A program made the translations under genes and the position numbers. This document shows positions 28,533 through 39,449 of a DNA stretch of 64,000 nt, in pieces. The notes below the pieces were generated by a model, which saw nothing but the letters and a program-made list of their open reading frames with translations, was not told the DNA's origin and did no database searches. The stretch is from positions 208,394-272,393 of the IMG/VR virus record IMGVR_UViG_3300024308_000016. The stretch is one strand, 5' to 3'. Position 1 is the first letter of the stretch, and every line of letters begins with the position of its first letter.

Positions 28533-30553
28533 ATGGCAAAAGACATTGACCCACTGAAGATAGAGCTGCTCATCCCCATGAAGACGGACTTGCAGGGTGT
28601 CAAGCCCGTGCTGGTCATGGACATCATGAGCGGCATGAGCAAGAACTTCCACCCTGAGGGCTTGTTCTCGGTGGAGATCTTCGGTAAAGTCGGAGAAACT
28701 ACACGCTCGGCCACCTTCGCCTATATCAACTTGAATATCCCGGTGTTTCACCCGCTGCTGTTCAAGGTGATCTGCGATTTGAAGGAGCTGTACCAAGACA
28801 TCATGGCCGGTAAGGCCTACGCAGTGTTCGATGAGGAAAAGAAGGACTTCTTCAAGAGCAACATTGCAGAAGGTGAAACCGGCTTTGCGTTCTTTTTGAA
28901 GCACTTCCCCAAGCTGCAGTTCGAAGAGCGTAAATCCATCACCCGGGCTGAGTACATCCGTCTGGTGGAGATGTACCGCGATAACCCCTTCATCGAGCAA
29001 CTGGTCATCTTGCCCGCCGGTGTGCGGGACTATGTGGTCGAAGAAGACGGCAAGCCTTCGGAAGACGAGATCAACGGTATGTACCGCTCCATCATGGCAG
29101 TGGCTGGCTCCATGGAGAACGTGCGCGCTGATGTGAACCCTGAGTTCATCGATGCGTCCAGATACAACCTGCAAGTCAAGCTGCTGGAGATCTACCGATA
29201 CCTGATCGGCCTGATCTTGGGCAAGCACAAGATGGTCCAAGGCGCGTTCTTGAGCCGCAAGGTCTCCAACACCACGCGAAACGTGATCACCTCTTATATC
29301 CCGAACGTGCAAGAGTTCGGCGATGCCAGAAGCGTGCGTGCTGACCAGACGGTGATCGGCCTGTACCAGTTCACCCGAGACATCATGCCGCTGGCGGTGC
29401 ATGCCATTGTGGGCAAGTACCTGCCCAAGGTTTTCACGGGTCCCAATACCCCGGCTCAGCTGGTCAATCCAAAAACCCTGCACAAGGAAATGGTGACCGT
29501 CAACCCCCGGGAGTACAAGAAGTGGATGACCTACGAAGGCATCGAGAAGATGGCCGATCGATTCTCCGAAGAGTCGATGCGCCATTACCCGATCATGATC
29601 GAAGGCTACTACATGGGCCTCGTGTACAAGGGCAATGACGGCACGTTCAAGTTCATCCAGGACATCGACGAGATCCCGGAGTCCCGCTCCAAAGATAGCG
29701 TCACTCCCATCACCATGGCGGAGTTCCTGTACATGTGCCTGTACGAGGAAGCCCTGGACGCCTGGGGTTATACCACTCGGTATCCTATCTCCGGCTATGG
29801 ATCGACCTACCCGGGTGGGGTCGCTCTGAGAACTACCGTGCGATCGGAAGTGCGCACTGAGCTGGACGACTACTGGCAACCGATGCCTCACCAAGCGGTG
29901 AGCTTTCCGTTGCCGGGTGCGCAGTTCTTCAACTCCATGAGCCCAGCTGTCCGCCAAATTGGCCGGCTGGGGGCTGATATAAATACAGCTTTCACTCCCC
30001 TAAATCGCATATACAGCTATCCCAGACGAGGGATGTGAGTGACTAAGGGTGTAAGCGTATATGTCCTTCTGTCTAGTAATAGACAGTCGAAACTTCTTTA
30101 ATTGCTGGAAACCCCTGAGAGCCGACCACACCACTGCGAGCGGTAACGTAAAGCGACGGTTTTAAGAAATGGGCGGATTGGGCAATCAGCAGCCAAGCCT
30201 CTTACTGAGAGGAAGGTCCAACGATCATCGGGTAGCTCCGAGTAAAGCCCCAAGCGGGGAAGAAATGGGAAGGGTCCTACCAGGTCATGCTGGGGATCTT
30301 GATATGATCTGCTCCTCATGGAAACATGAGGCGGGTGTCTGTAGCACACCGGGACTGCGTAGCGAGCAGTCTGGACAATAGGTACGACGGGGACCAATGT
30401 TCTCACTATTGTGTACTGACCCAGGAAGCCAAGCGAGAAGTCAAGCGTATGCTCGCTAGCAGGGATTATTACATGAACCTGGACGGCACCATGGCGTTCA
30501 GCCAAAACAACGACTACATCTCTTTGGCGCTCAAGTATCTTACTGCGCGCTGA
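28533..30553 (+). CDS. rpoC: Virion RNA polymerase catalytic beta' subunit (phiKZ gp180-like); spliced join(28533..29978,30383..30553), 538 aa
   Basis: HPEGLFSVEIFG and TRYPI motifs; splicing restores GRLGAD-YDGDQ, the Mg-binding DxDGD motif. Confidence 0.92.
29979..30382 (+). ncRNA. Group I intron (IA-like, ORF-less, 404 nt) in the beta' gene
   Basis: P1 GAUAUA/UAUGUC with U-G at the 5' splice site; P10 UACG/CGUA; P element AATTGCTGGAAA, Q element AATCAGCAGCCAA; P7 GATCA(30223-27)/TGATC(30305-09); P9 CTCATG-GAAA-CATGAG; terminal G at 30382. Confidence 0.93.
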
Positions 30554-30570
30554 TCTTTGAGGATTTCACA

Positions 30571-33500
30571 ATGGGCTTTCAGCAATACAAGGATTGGTAT
30601 CGGGATCATGGCACACGCAATGCGCTGAGCCTGATGAACGTCGATCCCACGCCGGTCAAGAACCTGCCCCAGGGCTCGACCCTGCACTACCTGGGCTCCG
30701 ATGATGCCCCACTGCCTGATCTGTCTGATCCCCTGTTTGCTGGGTACTCTAATAAGATCGAGCTGCACTCCATCACGGAGTACAACGGAGCCACCGAGCC
30801 CCACGGCTCCAAGCTAGCGGTACAGGTGGTCAAACAAACCACGGACTTTGCGTCTCGCAGCAAGCTGTTCCACTACTTGAAGACCCTGAACCTGTCCACA
30901 GTCTCCAACAGCCAGCTGGTGGTGGTGAGCTACGGCTTCTTGGATTTGATGTACCGCTATCCGGCAGTATCGACTTCCAAGTACTATCAGTTTCGCAACA
31001 AACTGCAGACGTTTGTCTCCACGGTGAACTTCCTGAACCGGGACAAGCCCAGGAACAACTTCATTGTGCTGACGGTGCCATCCGAGCTGGTAGGCCGCAA
31101 CACGCTGGACAACCGGGCGCTGGGCCAACCCAAGCAAGTCGCCAGCATCTTTGACACCGAGGAGAAGGTGGTGTTGCGCGAGATGTGGCTGTGGTGTAAT
31201 CCCGATACCCGGGACCATTCGGTCTTCGCTGACATGAGCGAGACTGATATGCGGCACTTGAACTTGATGTTCAAGACTTACACAGGTGAATACACCACGG
31301 TCTCGTTTGGCTATCTGTACAGCTGGATGAAGGGCAACCCCAACTACACCACAGTCTCTGCTGTGATGCAGGTGAGCTTCATCGAGCTGCAAAAGTACTG
31401 GCTCAAGTACTTGATGGTGCTGCAAACTATCAACGCCAATGGTGCATCGCTGGCCGAGCAGGAGAAAGCCGCAGCCGAGGCGATGGTCAAGGCAGAGACC
31501 GCCACTGATCCCGACAAGGAGGCTCCTGAGGGCGACCAGCCCCAGGAAGAGCGATTTCCCGAAGTACCGACTGAAGGACACTCTGGACTGGGAACAAGTA
31601 GCTCAGGCGACGGGCGTGACACCGCAACAAGCAAGGCTACTGCTGGCGACACTATTGAAGCCGAGATCGATATTACCCAGCAGCTCAAAGAACTCGACGC
31701 GGATATAGCCGCGCTCGATGCACTGGACAAGCGCAAGTTCGACAACAAGTTCGTGGTCAAGAAAGACGCCGATGGTGAAGAGCTCATCGACGTCAAGGAC
31801 GTGACACCGGAAGTATATACCTCCGACATCCCGGAGACTGCTGAAGCCATCGCGGCGAAGATCTTCACCGCCAAGACCGCCAAGCAAGCTCTCCTGGACA
31901 AGATCGACGCAGCCGCTGATGAAGGCCGCATCTCCGTGTCCGACTACCGCAAGCTCAGCGAGCAAGCCAGGAAGTCCGACCAAGCGCAAGACCCCTTCGG
32001 CTCCGACAAGACTATTGCCGAGGCTATGAAGATCGAGCCCGGGGAGCTGGAGATCACCCAGCAAGAAGCAGCACTGAATGTGCCGCCCACTGTGCTCGAT
32101 CCGTCGATGGCCGCAGCTCCCCTGTCGGTGATGGATCGCAAGTACAACACCTCTATCATCTACAAGGATGTGCTGAGGTCGGTGCAGGCTATCCAAAAGG
32201 CTGGCATCATCGTACGTCGCCATGAGGTGGAGACCAAGTACTCGGAAATGGGTACGTTCGATGTGCACACCATCGAGCTCAAACCCGTCAACGGCAACCC
32301 CTCCATCATCCGGGCACGCATACCGCGCGTCGACGAAGAAGGCATCTTCGTGGTGCGGGGTGTGCGCTACTTGGCGCGTAGCCAGATGGTGGACAAGCCC
32401 ATCCGCCGCATCGGTGTCAACCGTGTGGGCCTGACCAGCTACTACGGCAAGAGCTTCGTAGACCGGGCAACCAAGAAAGCCGATAGCTACTTGGAGACCA
32501 TCATCCGACGCCTGAACCGTGGCACCATCGAGCCAGACCAAGACATCCGGGACGTCTCTCCGGGTGATGTGTTCGACAACTACTTCGAAGCGCCCTACAT
32601 CTACAACGGTCTGGCGGCAAAGTTCCGTTCGTTCAGAGCTGGTCCGTACTTGCTGAACATGAACCACAAGGACCGGGAAAAGGCAACGACTCCCGAGATC
32701 CTCGCCAAGCTGGAAGTCAAAGGACGACGCCTGATCGGTCAGGGCCCTGGCTCTCGTCCGCTGGTGGTGGACATGGACAACCAGTTTTACCTGATCGGCC
32801 CTGACGGGGAGACTCCCGTAGGAGACATCTTTGACATCATGAAGATGGACCGCCACAATGCACCTGTGGACTTTGCGGAAGTGAAGGTCTTCTCCAAGGG
32901 GATTCCGGTCGGTGTGTTCATCGGCTACAACCTGGGATTTCGGGCACTGGTCAAGTACCTGGGAGCTCGCCACCGTCTGGTGGAAGGACGCCAGCAAAAG
33001 AAGATGGGACCCTACGAGTACGCCGTGCAGTTCAAGGACGTGGCCTACATCTTTGACCGCAGGGACAAGGCTGCATCATTGGTGCTCGCTGGTTTCCGGG
33101 CGTTTGAGAAGGACACCAAGGCGTACGACGCCGTCGAGTTCGACAACAAGGCCGTCTATACCCGACTGATGGAGTCCCGGGGTCTGACGAGTATCTATCT
33201 CAAGGAGATGGAGAACTTGGTGGACATGTTCGTTGACCCGATCACCGAGGACTTGCTCAAGGAGCTCAACGAGCCACAGACCTTTATGGGGCTGCTGGTG
33301 CGCTCGTGCGAGTTGCTCGACACCTACCACCATCCGGCGTCCCAGGACATGAACAACCAGCGTGTGCGGGGCTATGAGCGCTTCGCTGGCTTCCTGTACA
33401 AGGAGATGGCCAACTCGGTAAGGGCATTCAAGTCCAAGAACACGACAGGACGCGCTAAGGTGGACATGAGTCCGTTTGCAGTGTGGTCGCTTGTCACGCG

Positions 33501-35265
33501 TGACAACTCCGTCAAGCAAGCCGAGGACATCAATCCCATCCAGGCGCTGAAAGGCTCGGAAGCCATCACCTATGTGGGAGAAGGTGGCCGCTCCAAGGAG
33601 TCGATGAACAAGGCATCCCGCGCTCTGCACACCTCCAACCTGGGCGTGGTGTCGGTCGATGCTTCCGTAGACTCTTCGGACGTGGGTATCAACATCTTTA
33701 CCTCCGCCAACCCTGGCTTCAACTCCGTGCGTGGAATGAGCAAGAAGGGTCGTGAGATGGGACCCGCCAACCTCCTGGGCACCAGCGCGATGCTGGCACC
33801 CTTTGCGATCAATGACGATCAAACAGGTCCGCACTACTGGAGACGGTATTGTGTATCTCCCTCAATTGCGAGAACCCCCTGAGAGCTCCACTACCACTGC
33901 TAGCCGCGAGGCGAAGCGAAGGTTCTAACAAAGCTGGAGATTGGGAAACCCGCAGCCAAGCCTCTCTAGTCAGAGGAAGGTTCAACGACTATGGCAGTTT
34001 GTCAGCCATAGGGCCGAAGTGGCCCGAAACAGGGAGCATCTCTTAATCTAGAGATGAAGATATAGTCTCGACATCTGGGGAAAACCCAGAGCTGCTCTTA
34101 TACTAGAGCGGGGCAAGCGTAACGAACTTGCCTGAAGGTATCGCCAAAACGTGTCGCATTTATCTCCATCCAGCAGGCCCACACCGTGGCCACCACTGGC
34201 TACCACGCACCCGTGGTGCGTACTGGCTACGAGTCCGTGATCGGACAGCGTACTGGTGAGATGTTCGCTTCGGCTGCTCGGATGGACGGCAAGGTGATCT
34301 CGGTATCGGACTCCGGCATCTTGGTGGAGTACGCAGACGGTGAACAAAAGGGCTACACCTTGGGCACGATGTACGGACGTGCGGAAGGCTCCACCTATCC
34401 ACACAACCTCATCACTGAGATGAAGCCCGGTCAGAAGTTCAAGAAAGGCGAGTACATCTCGTACAACACCAACTTCTTTGAACCCGACCCGATCTTGCCA
34501 GGCTCCGTGGTCTACAAGGGTTCCATGCTTACGCGTGTGGCTCTGATCGAATCCTCCAACACCCATGAGGACTCCTCGACTATCAGTGAAGAACTGTCCA
34601 AGTCGATGACCACCACCACCGCCAAGGTCAAGAAGTACGCCGTGAACTTCCGGCAAAACCTGCTCAACATGGTCAAGATCGGCCAGCAGGTCAACCCTGA
34701 AGACATCATCATGACCATCGAAGATGAGATCACTGCGATGGACGACAGCTTCGGAGATGCGTCGATGGAGATCCTGGCCGCCCGTGCCAAGAACTCTCCG
34801 ACGTCCGGCTACCGTGGCCGAGTCTCTGACATCGATGTGATCTACCACGGCGACAAATCCGATATGTCCGCATCTTTGAAAGCCTTGGCTGATCGCTCCG
34901 ATCGCCGAAGAGCCGACAAGGCCAAGGCCACGGGTCGACCTGCTGTGACCGGAGCTGTTGACTCCGACTACTCGCACGACGGTGCACCGCTGATGCTCAA
35001 CAAAGCGATCATCATCGTCTACATCACCGTCTCTGAAGGAGCGGGCGTTGGTGACAAGTTGGTATTCTCCAACCAGCTCAAGAGCGTGATCGGTGAGGTC
35101 ATGCCCTACAAGCTCACCACCAAGTCTGGCCTTCCCGTGCATGCCAAGTTCGGTGCCAAGAGCTTCGCTGCCCGTATCGTGAACTCTATGATCTCGATCG
35201 GATTGCGGGGCGCAGTCCTCGACCGGCTGACTGATGTCGCCGTCGAAGCTTACGAAGGAAAGTAA
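30571..35265 (+). CDS. rpoB: Virion RNA polymerase beta subunit, N-terminal part (phiKZ gp178-like); spliced join(30571..33819,34144..35265), 1456 aa
   Basis: Splicing restores PFAINDD-PKRVAFISIQQAH (cf. RpoB [21 protein letters not shown]); THEDSS and GVGDKL motifs in exon 2. Confidence 0.92.
33820..34143 (+). ncRNA. Group I intron (IA2-like, ORF-less, 324 nt) in the beta gene
   Basis: P1 GAUC/GGUC with U-G; P3 CTCCCT/AGGGAG; R element GTTCAACGACTA and S element AAGATATAGTC; P7.1, P7.2, P8 and P9-P9.2 hairpins; terminal G at 34143. Confidence 0.94.
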
Positions 35266-35280
35266 GTAAAAGATGTCCCA

Positions 35281-35308
35281 GATCTGGCACCCCAAAAGGG
35301 TGCCAGAT
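35281..35308 (+). terminator. 12-bp perfect hairpin after the beta gene
   Basis: GATCTGGCACCC-AAAA-GGGTGCCAGATC. Confidence 0.6.
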
Positions 35309-35388
35309 CCGGTGCATTGTATGCAATCAAGTGGGCGTTTTGCCGTAATGGCACAAGCGCAGAATTTCTACCCCTTATAGAGGACATC

Positions 35389-35628
35389 ATGCAAGACAAG
35401 AGCACTCTCCCTGTCCAGCCGCAGCCGGTGGACCAAACCACTACCATGGCGCTGGCCAACTGTGCAGCCATCGCCGTGGGTGTGGTGCAGCACATCTCGG
35501 GAACGTCGATCTCAAAGACCATCAACAACAGCCCGATGACCCAAGAAGCGATCGCCAACATGGCGCTGCAGCGCATCGTTCGCAACCTCACCAATCGCAG
35601 CCTGCGCGCCAGCGCCATCGGAGCCTGA
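35389..35628 (+). CDS. Small hypothetical protein (79 aa)
   Basis: ATG 35389 after GAGGA; phage codon bias. Confidence 0.65.
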   Translation: MQDKSTLPVQPQPVDQTTTMALANCAAIAVGVVQHISGTSISKTINNSPMTQEAIANMALQRIVRNLTNRSLRASAIGA

Positions 35629-35630
35629 AC

Positions 35631-37076
35631 ATGATCTCGCAAGCAATCTACAACGTCGCACAAGCGCAGTCCGCTGGCCTGAAGGCAGCCATCGGCAAAC
35701 AGGTGCTGCCTGGCTCCAAGAGCCTGCTCAACGCACTGATCAACATGAGCTTCGTATCGGCCTCGCCCTCCGACGTGGCCGTGCAGATCGAAGAAGTCAC
35801 TACTGGCGCCCCCGGTCAAGTCACCGGCCATACGGCAGCGCTGGGCGCCATCGTCGATGAACTGGCCACTGCCGCTCAGACGCACGTCGAGTATGTGCAA
35901 AACACCGTGCGTCCGGCGGTCACCGCCATGATGGACGAGCTGTACAACTTCCGCAAGGAAAACGAAGCTCAGGGTCCAGGCTCTTTGTTCGACATCCAGG
36001 TGGTGGTGCCTCCTCCGTCCATGACGGATGACTCCCTGCGCACCATGATCGACTCCATGGCTCAGGAAGGCATGCAGGAACCCATGCGCCTGATGACGCT
36101 GCCGGCGGCCACCTATGAGCAGATCGTCGAGTGGATGAGCGTCTCCAGCGCCTCGGTCAACAAGACCGTGCAGGAATGGCTGGCCACGCGTGGCCAAGAA
36201 TGGCTCACCAACATCTACGCCTACTACTTCGCCAGCTCCAACATGGCCGTGACCACGCCAGGCCTGTACAAGGGCGGCCTGGCTGAAATCAATGCACTGC
36301 CTGCATTCACTCGCGTGGAACTGGGCACCGTGCTGTACCTGATCAGCCGCGGCTTGTACAACGTCGCGCTTGATGAGCCCACTGGCATGAACGCCAACCA
36401 GTGGAAGCAGGCCATGGATGCCTATTCCCGTTATGCGGCGCTCACGTTCAAGTTCGCCTCTCGTGTGGTGGACGTGTACGAGCGCAACAAGACACTGATC
36501 ATGAGCGTGCTGGACCAAGGCAAAGTCGGGATCGTGTATGGCCCTGTCTACAACGCGTGGCTCGCCGAGGGCAACGATGCGGCGACCATCCTGGGCGCCA
36601 TGATCTCGGGCAAGGCCACGTCGTTCACCGTGCAGGACATCAACGACTCCGACGTGTGCTATGGCGACGTGTGGTGCAACTACGAAAAGACCGCCGAAGC
36701 GACGCTGCGTGCTCGTCTGGATGTGGCCATGCGCGCCCATGCACTGGGTATCATGCAGGGCATGTGCGGCAAGTTCACTCCCGCGGAGCAGGCTCTGTTC
36801 GGCGAGGACAACACCTCCGTGTTCAACACCATGGTGTCGGAAGCTCGCAACTGGCTCAGCCAGATCCCCACGGACACGGCGCTGGACCCCGAGAAGGTGG
36901 CTCTGAAGCTGGTCGCCGGCATCCGCTACAAGCATACGCCCGCCTTCCAGTTCCTGAGCGACATGCTGGAGCTGGGCCGCCAAGGTGTGGAAGATCCCCG
37001 CGAAGCCGCAGCTATCGCAGCGATCAACTACATCGCCGACTACCTGTCCACTGAGCTGGCTCTGACGCAGGCATGA
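35631..37076 (+). CDS. Conserved phiKZ-family protein (gp177-like, 481 aa)
   Basis: Long, strongly biased ORF between RNAP beta and protease (recalled synteny). Confidence 0.75.
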   Translation: MISQAIYNVAQAQSAGLKAAIGKQVLPGSKSLLNALINMSFVSASPSDVAVQIEEVTTGAPGQVTGHTAALGAIVDELATAAQTHVEYVQNTVRPAVTAMMDELYNFRKENEAQGPGSLFDIQVVVPPPSMTDDSLRTMIDSMAQEGMQEPMRLMTLPAATYEQIVEWMSVSSASVNKTVQEWLATRGQEWLTNIYAYYFASSNMAVTTPGLYKGGLAEINALPAFTRVELGTVLYLISRGLYNVALDEPTGMNANQWKQAMDAYSRYAALTFKFASRVVDVYERNKTLIMSVLDQGKVGIVYGPVYNAWLAEGNDAATILGAMISGKATSFTVQDINDSDVCYGDVWCNYEKTAEATLRARLDVAMRAHALGIMQGMCGKFTPAEQALFGEDNTSVFNTMVSEARNWLSQIPTDTALDPEKVALKLVAGIRYKHTPAFQFLSDMLELGRQGVEDPREAAAIAAINYIADYLSTELALTQA

Positions 37077-37792
37077 ACTACAAGCGCAACCCCGAGGCCG
37101 TGAGGGCGAACTTTGCGGTCAACAAGGCCAAGCAGGTCATCTGCCGACAGCCTTGCACCATCCAGGTGCCCAAGACGTACTTTGACTCCGGCCTGGGGCA
37201 GCTGGGCGTAGACACCAAGATCTATGGCCTGTTTCCCGTCATCTTGGAGGACGGTCAGTACTCCTTGGTGAACACCACTGCCATGTTCTCGATCTCTCCG
37301 TCGGCGACCACCATCCGCACGGTCGATGAGATCGAGTACTATGAGTTCTACTTCGCCAAGGACACGGTGGTCTGGAAAACGACAGGCTTGCTGAGCGATG
37401 CCAAGCTGATCTATGAAGTGTTCCAAGCGTTCTTCTTCATGGGTCGGGTGCCCTGGTATGTCAGCTACGACGATCACGGGCGGGTGCTGGATACAGCACC
37501 TACCTTCGCAGGCTTCGGTGCTGTGAAGAATCCCGAGGTGGTGGAATTCCTCACCGCCATGATCGCCCGAAAGGCCAACTCCATCGACAACGAGTTCCTG
37601 CGTCTGCTCATCAAGAGCTACGAGGACACGAAGATCGGCAAGGTGGAGTTCGTGCCCATGGGCTCTGTCGTAGCCTCTGTCAAGAGCTCGCTCAACAAGA
37701 TCTCGGCCGCCTACGCTCAGGACGGCATCATCAGCGCCATCGTCTCCCCAGGAGAAGATGTCGGTGTCGTCGAGAAGATCGTACGAGCATAA
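37073..37792 (+). CDS. Conserved phiKZ-family protein (gp176-like, 239 aa)
   Basis: ATGA-coupled ORF in the same operon. Confidence 0.75.
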   Translation: MNYKRNPEAVRANFAVNKAKQVICRQPCTIQVPKTYFDSGLGQLGVDTKIYGLFPVILEDGQYSLVNTTAMFSISPSATTIRTVDEIEYYEFYFAKDTVVWKTTGLLSDAKLIYEVFQAFFFMGRVPWYVSYDDHGRVLDTAPTFAGFGAVKNPEVVEFLTAMIARKANSIDNEFLRLLIKSYEDTKIGKVEFVPMGSVVASVKSSLNKISAAYAQDGIISAIVSPGEDVGVVEKIVRA

Positions 37793-37811
37793 CTCAAGAA
37801 AGGCATCTGTC

Positions 37812-38582
37812 GTGAGCGACATCATCTACACATCCACCATGCTCGCCGGCACTGGCCGCAAGGGCATCATCAAGCCAGACGCTGCGGGCTACTACACCTC
37901 GTGCATCGGGGCACTCGGCATCAAGAACGCCGCCGGCGTCATCTATGATGCCAAGATCGGCGCCAAGCTGTTCGAGTCCAACAGTGACCTGATGCGGCGC
38001 ATCGCCACGGGCAACCTGCGAGGAGAAGTCGGCCATCCTCGGCGCCAAGCTGGTATGAGCGACGACGAGTTCTTCCAGCGTTGCCTGGACATCGCTGAGC
38101 CCAACGTCTGCGTGTACTGGGCCGAGATCGGCCTGGACGAACAGTACGGCAGGAAGAACCCTGAGCTGGGCCTTCCAGAGATGGTCGGCATCATGGCGCG
38201 TTTCCGTCCAGGCGGCGCTCGTGGTGACTTCCTGGCGCGCGATATGGAAGACCCCAACACCAACGTGTGCTTCTCCATCCGCGCGTTCTCGGTGCCCTTC
38301 AAGCAAATGGGCCGCCCCATGTACGGGCTGCAGACCATTGCTACCTGGGACTACGTCAATGAGCCGGGCTTGTCGCCAGCCAACAAGTTCCAATCGCTGA
38401 CCTGCGAGGCCCTGAACACGGAAGTGATCAAGGACGCCACCGTGCAGCGCGCTTTGCGCGAGATCGAATCCGGTCATCTGACCGTGAGCTTCGAGTCGGC
38501 TGCGGCTATCCGCACGCTGGCACAACTGAGCCGCCGTCCTGCAGACGTCGCCGCTCCCACCACTTTCCTGACTGGCTGGTAA
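37812..38582 (+). CDS. Prohead (head maturation) serine protease, phiKZ gp175/T4 gp21-like
   Basis: RGEVGHP (His), CFSIRA (Ser) and TWDYVNEPG motifs; GTG start after GAAAGG. Confidence 0.88.
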   Translation: MSDIIYTSTMLAGTGRKGIIKPDAAGYYTSCIGALGIKNAAGVIYDAKIGAKLFESNSDLMRRIATGNLRGEVGHPRRQAGMSDDEFFQRCLDIAEPNVCVYWAEIGLDEQYGRKNPELGLPEMVGIMARFRPGGARGDFLARDMEDPNTNVCFSIRAFSVPFKQMGRPMYGLQTIATWDYVNEPGLSPANKFQSLTCEALNTEVIKDATVQRALREIESGHLTVSFESAAAIRTLAQLSRRPADVAAPTTFLTGW

Positions 38583-38604
38583 GCCAAAAAGAAAAGACCA
38601 TATC

Positions 38605-38634
38605 CTCCAGGGCCCCCGAAAGGGGGCCCTGGAG
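38605..38634 (+). terminator. 13-bp perfect hairpin
   Basis: CTCCAGGGCCCCC-GAAA-GGGGGCCCTGGAG. Confidence 0.65.
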
Positions 38635-38669
38635 TGGTATGTTCTATGCCGCACGTAAACAATTTCAGT

Positions 38670-38689
38670 CACATATACCTTACCTGAGG
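38670..38689 (+). promoter_or_regulatory. Conserved 20-bp motif, copy 2
   Basis: CACATATACCTTACCTGAGG. Confidence 0.7.
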
Positions 38690-38843
38690 ATGGCCACGAT
38701 CTTTTCGTAGCTGTCTCCATTCCCTCTTCCCGGAGTCCATAGAGACTCCCGTAATATAAACGAGATATCGCACCAGTGCAGGAATTCTCCTGGCTGGTTC
38801 CTCAGGTTTAACTGTCGTATACCCGGCAGAAAGGTTGGCTATT

Positions 38844-39425
38844 ATGTTCGTCGCTCCTAACACCTTCAAGCAAGCTGCATACAATGCGTTTGTTCCTGTC
38901 TTGATTGCGGACCATCTGTTCCGTACTTTGCTGATCGCCAGCTACCTGGCTGTGTGCCTGATGATCTCCTTCATCAAGGTCGATGGCTTGTTTCTTGTGA
39001 TCTACTCTTTGCTGTGCGCTGGCGTCTATGCGCTTACCTATGTGCACCTGGGCATCGCTAACCACCTGCGTTTGTATTTCGACCTCCAAGAGCTCGAACT
39101 CGCAGATGAGGTCAAGTACTGCCGAGAAGCCTACCGCGTCGTGGTGGGCCGCGTACACGCCTTGCTGCGTGTGTTCACGGTGATGGTACTGTTCACTTCT
39201 GGTATGACGGTGTTTTGCACGCTGGGCGCTGTGATGAAAGTCCACGACTCGCTGCTGAGCATCGCCATCGGTGGTAACTTGGTCAGTGCCGCCATCATGC
39301 TGGTGCTGGGTCTGACGGGTGCTTATAAGTACATGTCCACCAACTTCATCCAAGAACGTCTGGAGGACATCAGCTTCCCCCATATCCGCATCATGCTCAG
39401 CCGCGTCAAGCGCGAAGGCGTGTAA
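38844..39425 (+). CDS. Integral membrane protein (about 4 TM helices)
   Basis: Four hydrophobic segments; ATG 38844 after GAAAGG. Confidence 0.75.
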   Translation: MFVAPNTFKQAAYNAFVPVLIADHLFRTLLIASYLAVCLMISFIKVDGLFLVIYSLLCAGVYALTYVHLGIANHLRLYFDLQELELADEVKYCREAYRVVVGRVHALLRVFTVMVLFTSGMTVFCTLGAVMKVHDSLLSIAIGGNLVSAAIMLVLGLTGAYKYMSTNFIQERLEDISFPHIRIMLSRVKREGV

Positions 39426-39449
39426 AGGGAACCAGGTAGCCATATCACT

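Noticed and set aside
29979-30038. C-terminal extension INTAF...RRGM of the 501 aa ORF
   Set aside because: Read-through into the intron; splicing restores the conserved motif instead.
30326-30382. ATG 30326 as the start of an independent 75 aa gene
   Set aside because: The ATG is buried in intron helix P9; only 30383 onward is exon.
29979-34143. Intron-encoded homing endonuclease
   Set aside because: The introns are only 404 and 324 nt, with no LAGLIDADG, GIY-YIG or HNH ORF on either strand.
28533-35265. Stop-codon recoding or programmed frameshift as the cause of the split RNAP ORFs
   Set aside because: The gaps are 324-404 nt with complete ribozyme cores; TAA, TAG and TGA all end normal genes elsewhere in the window.
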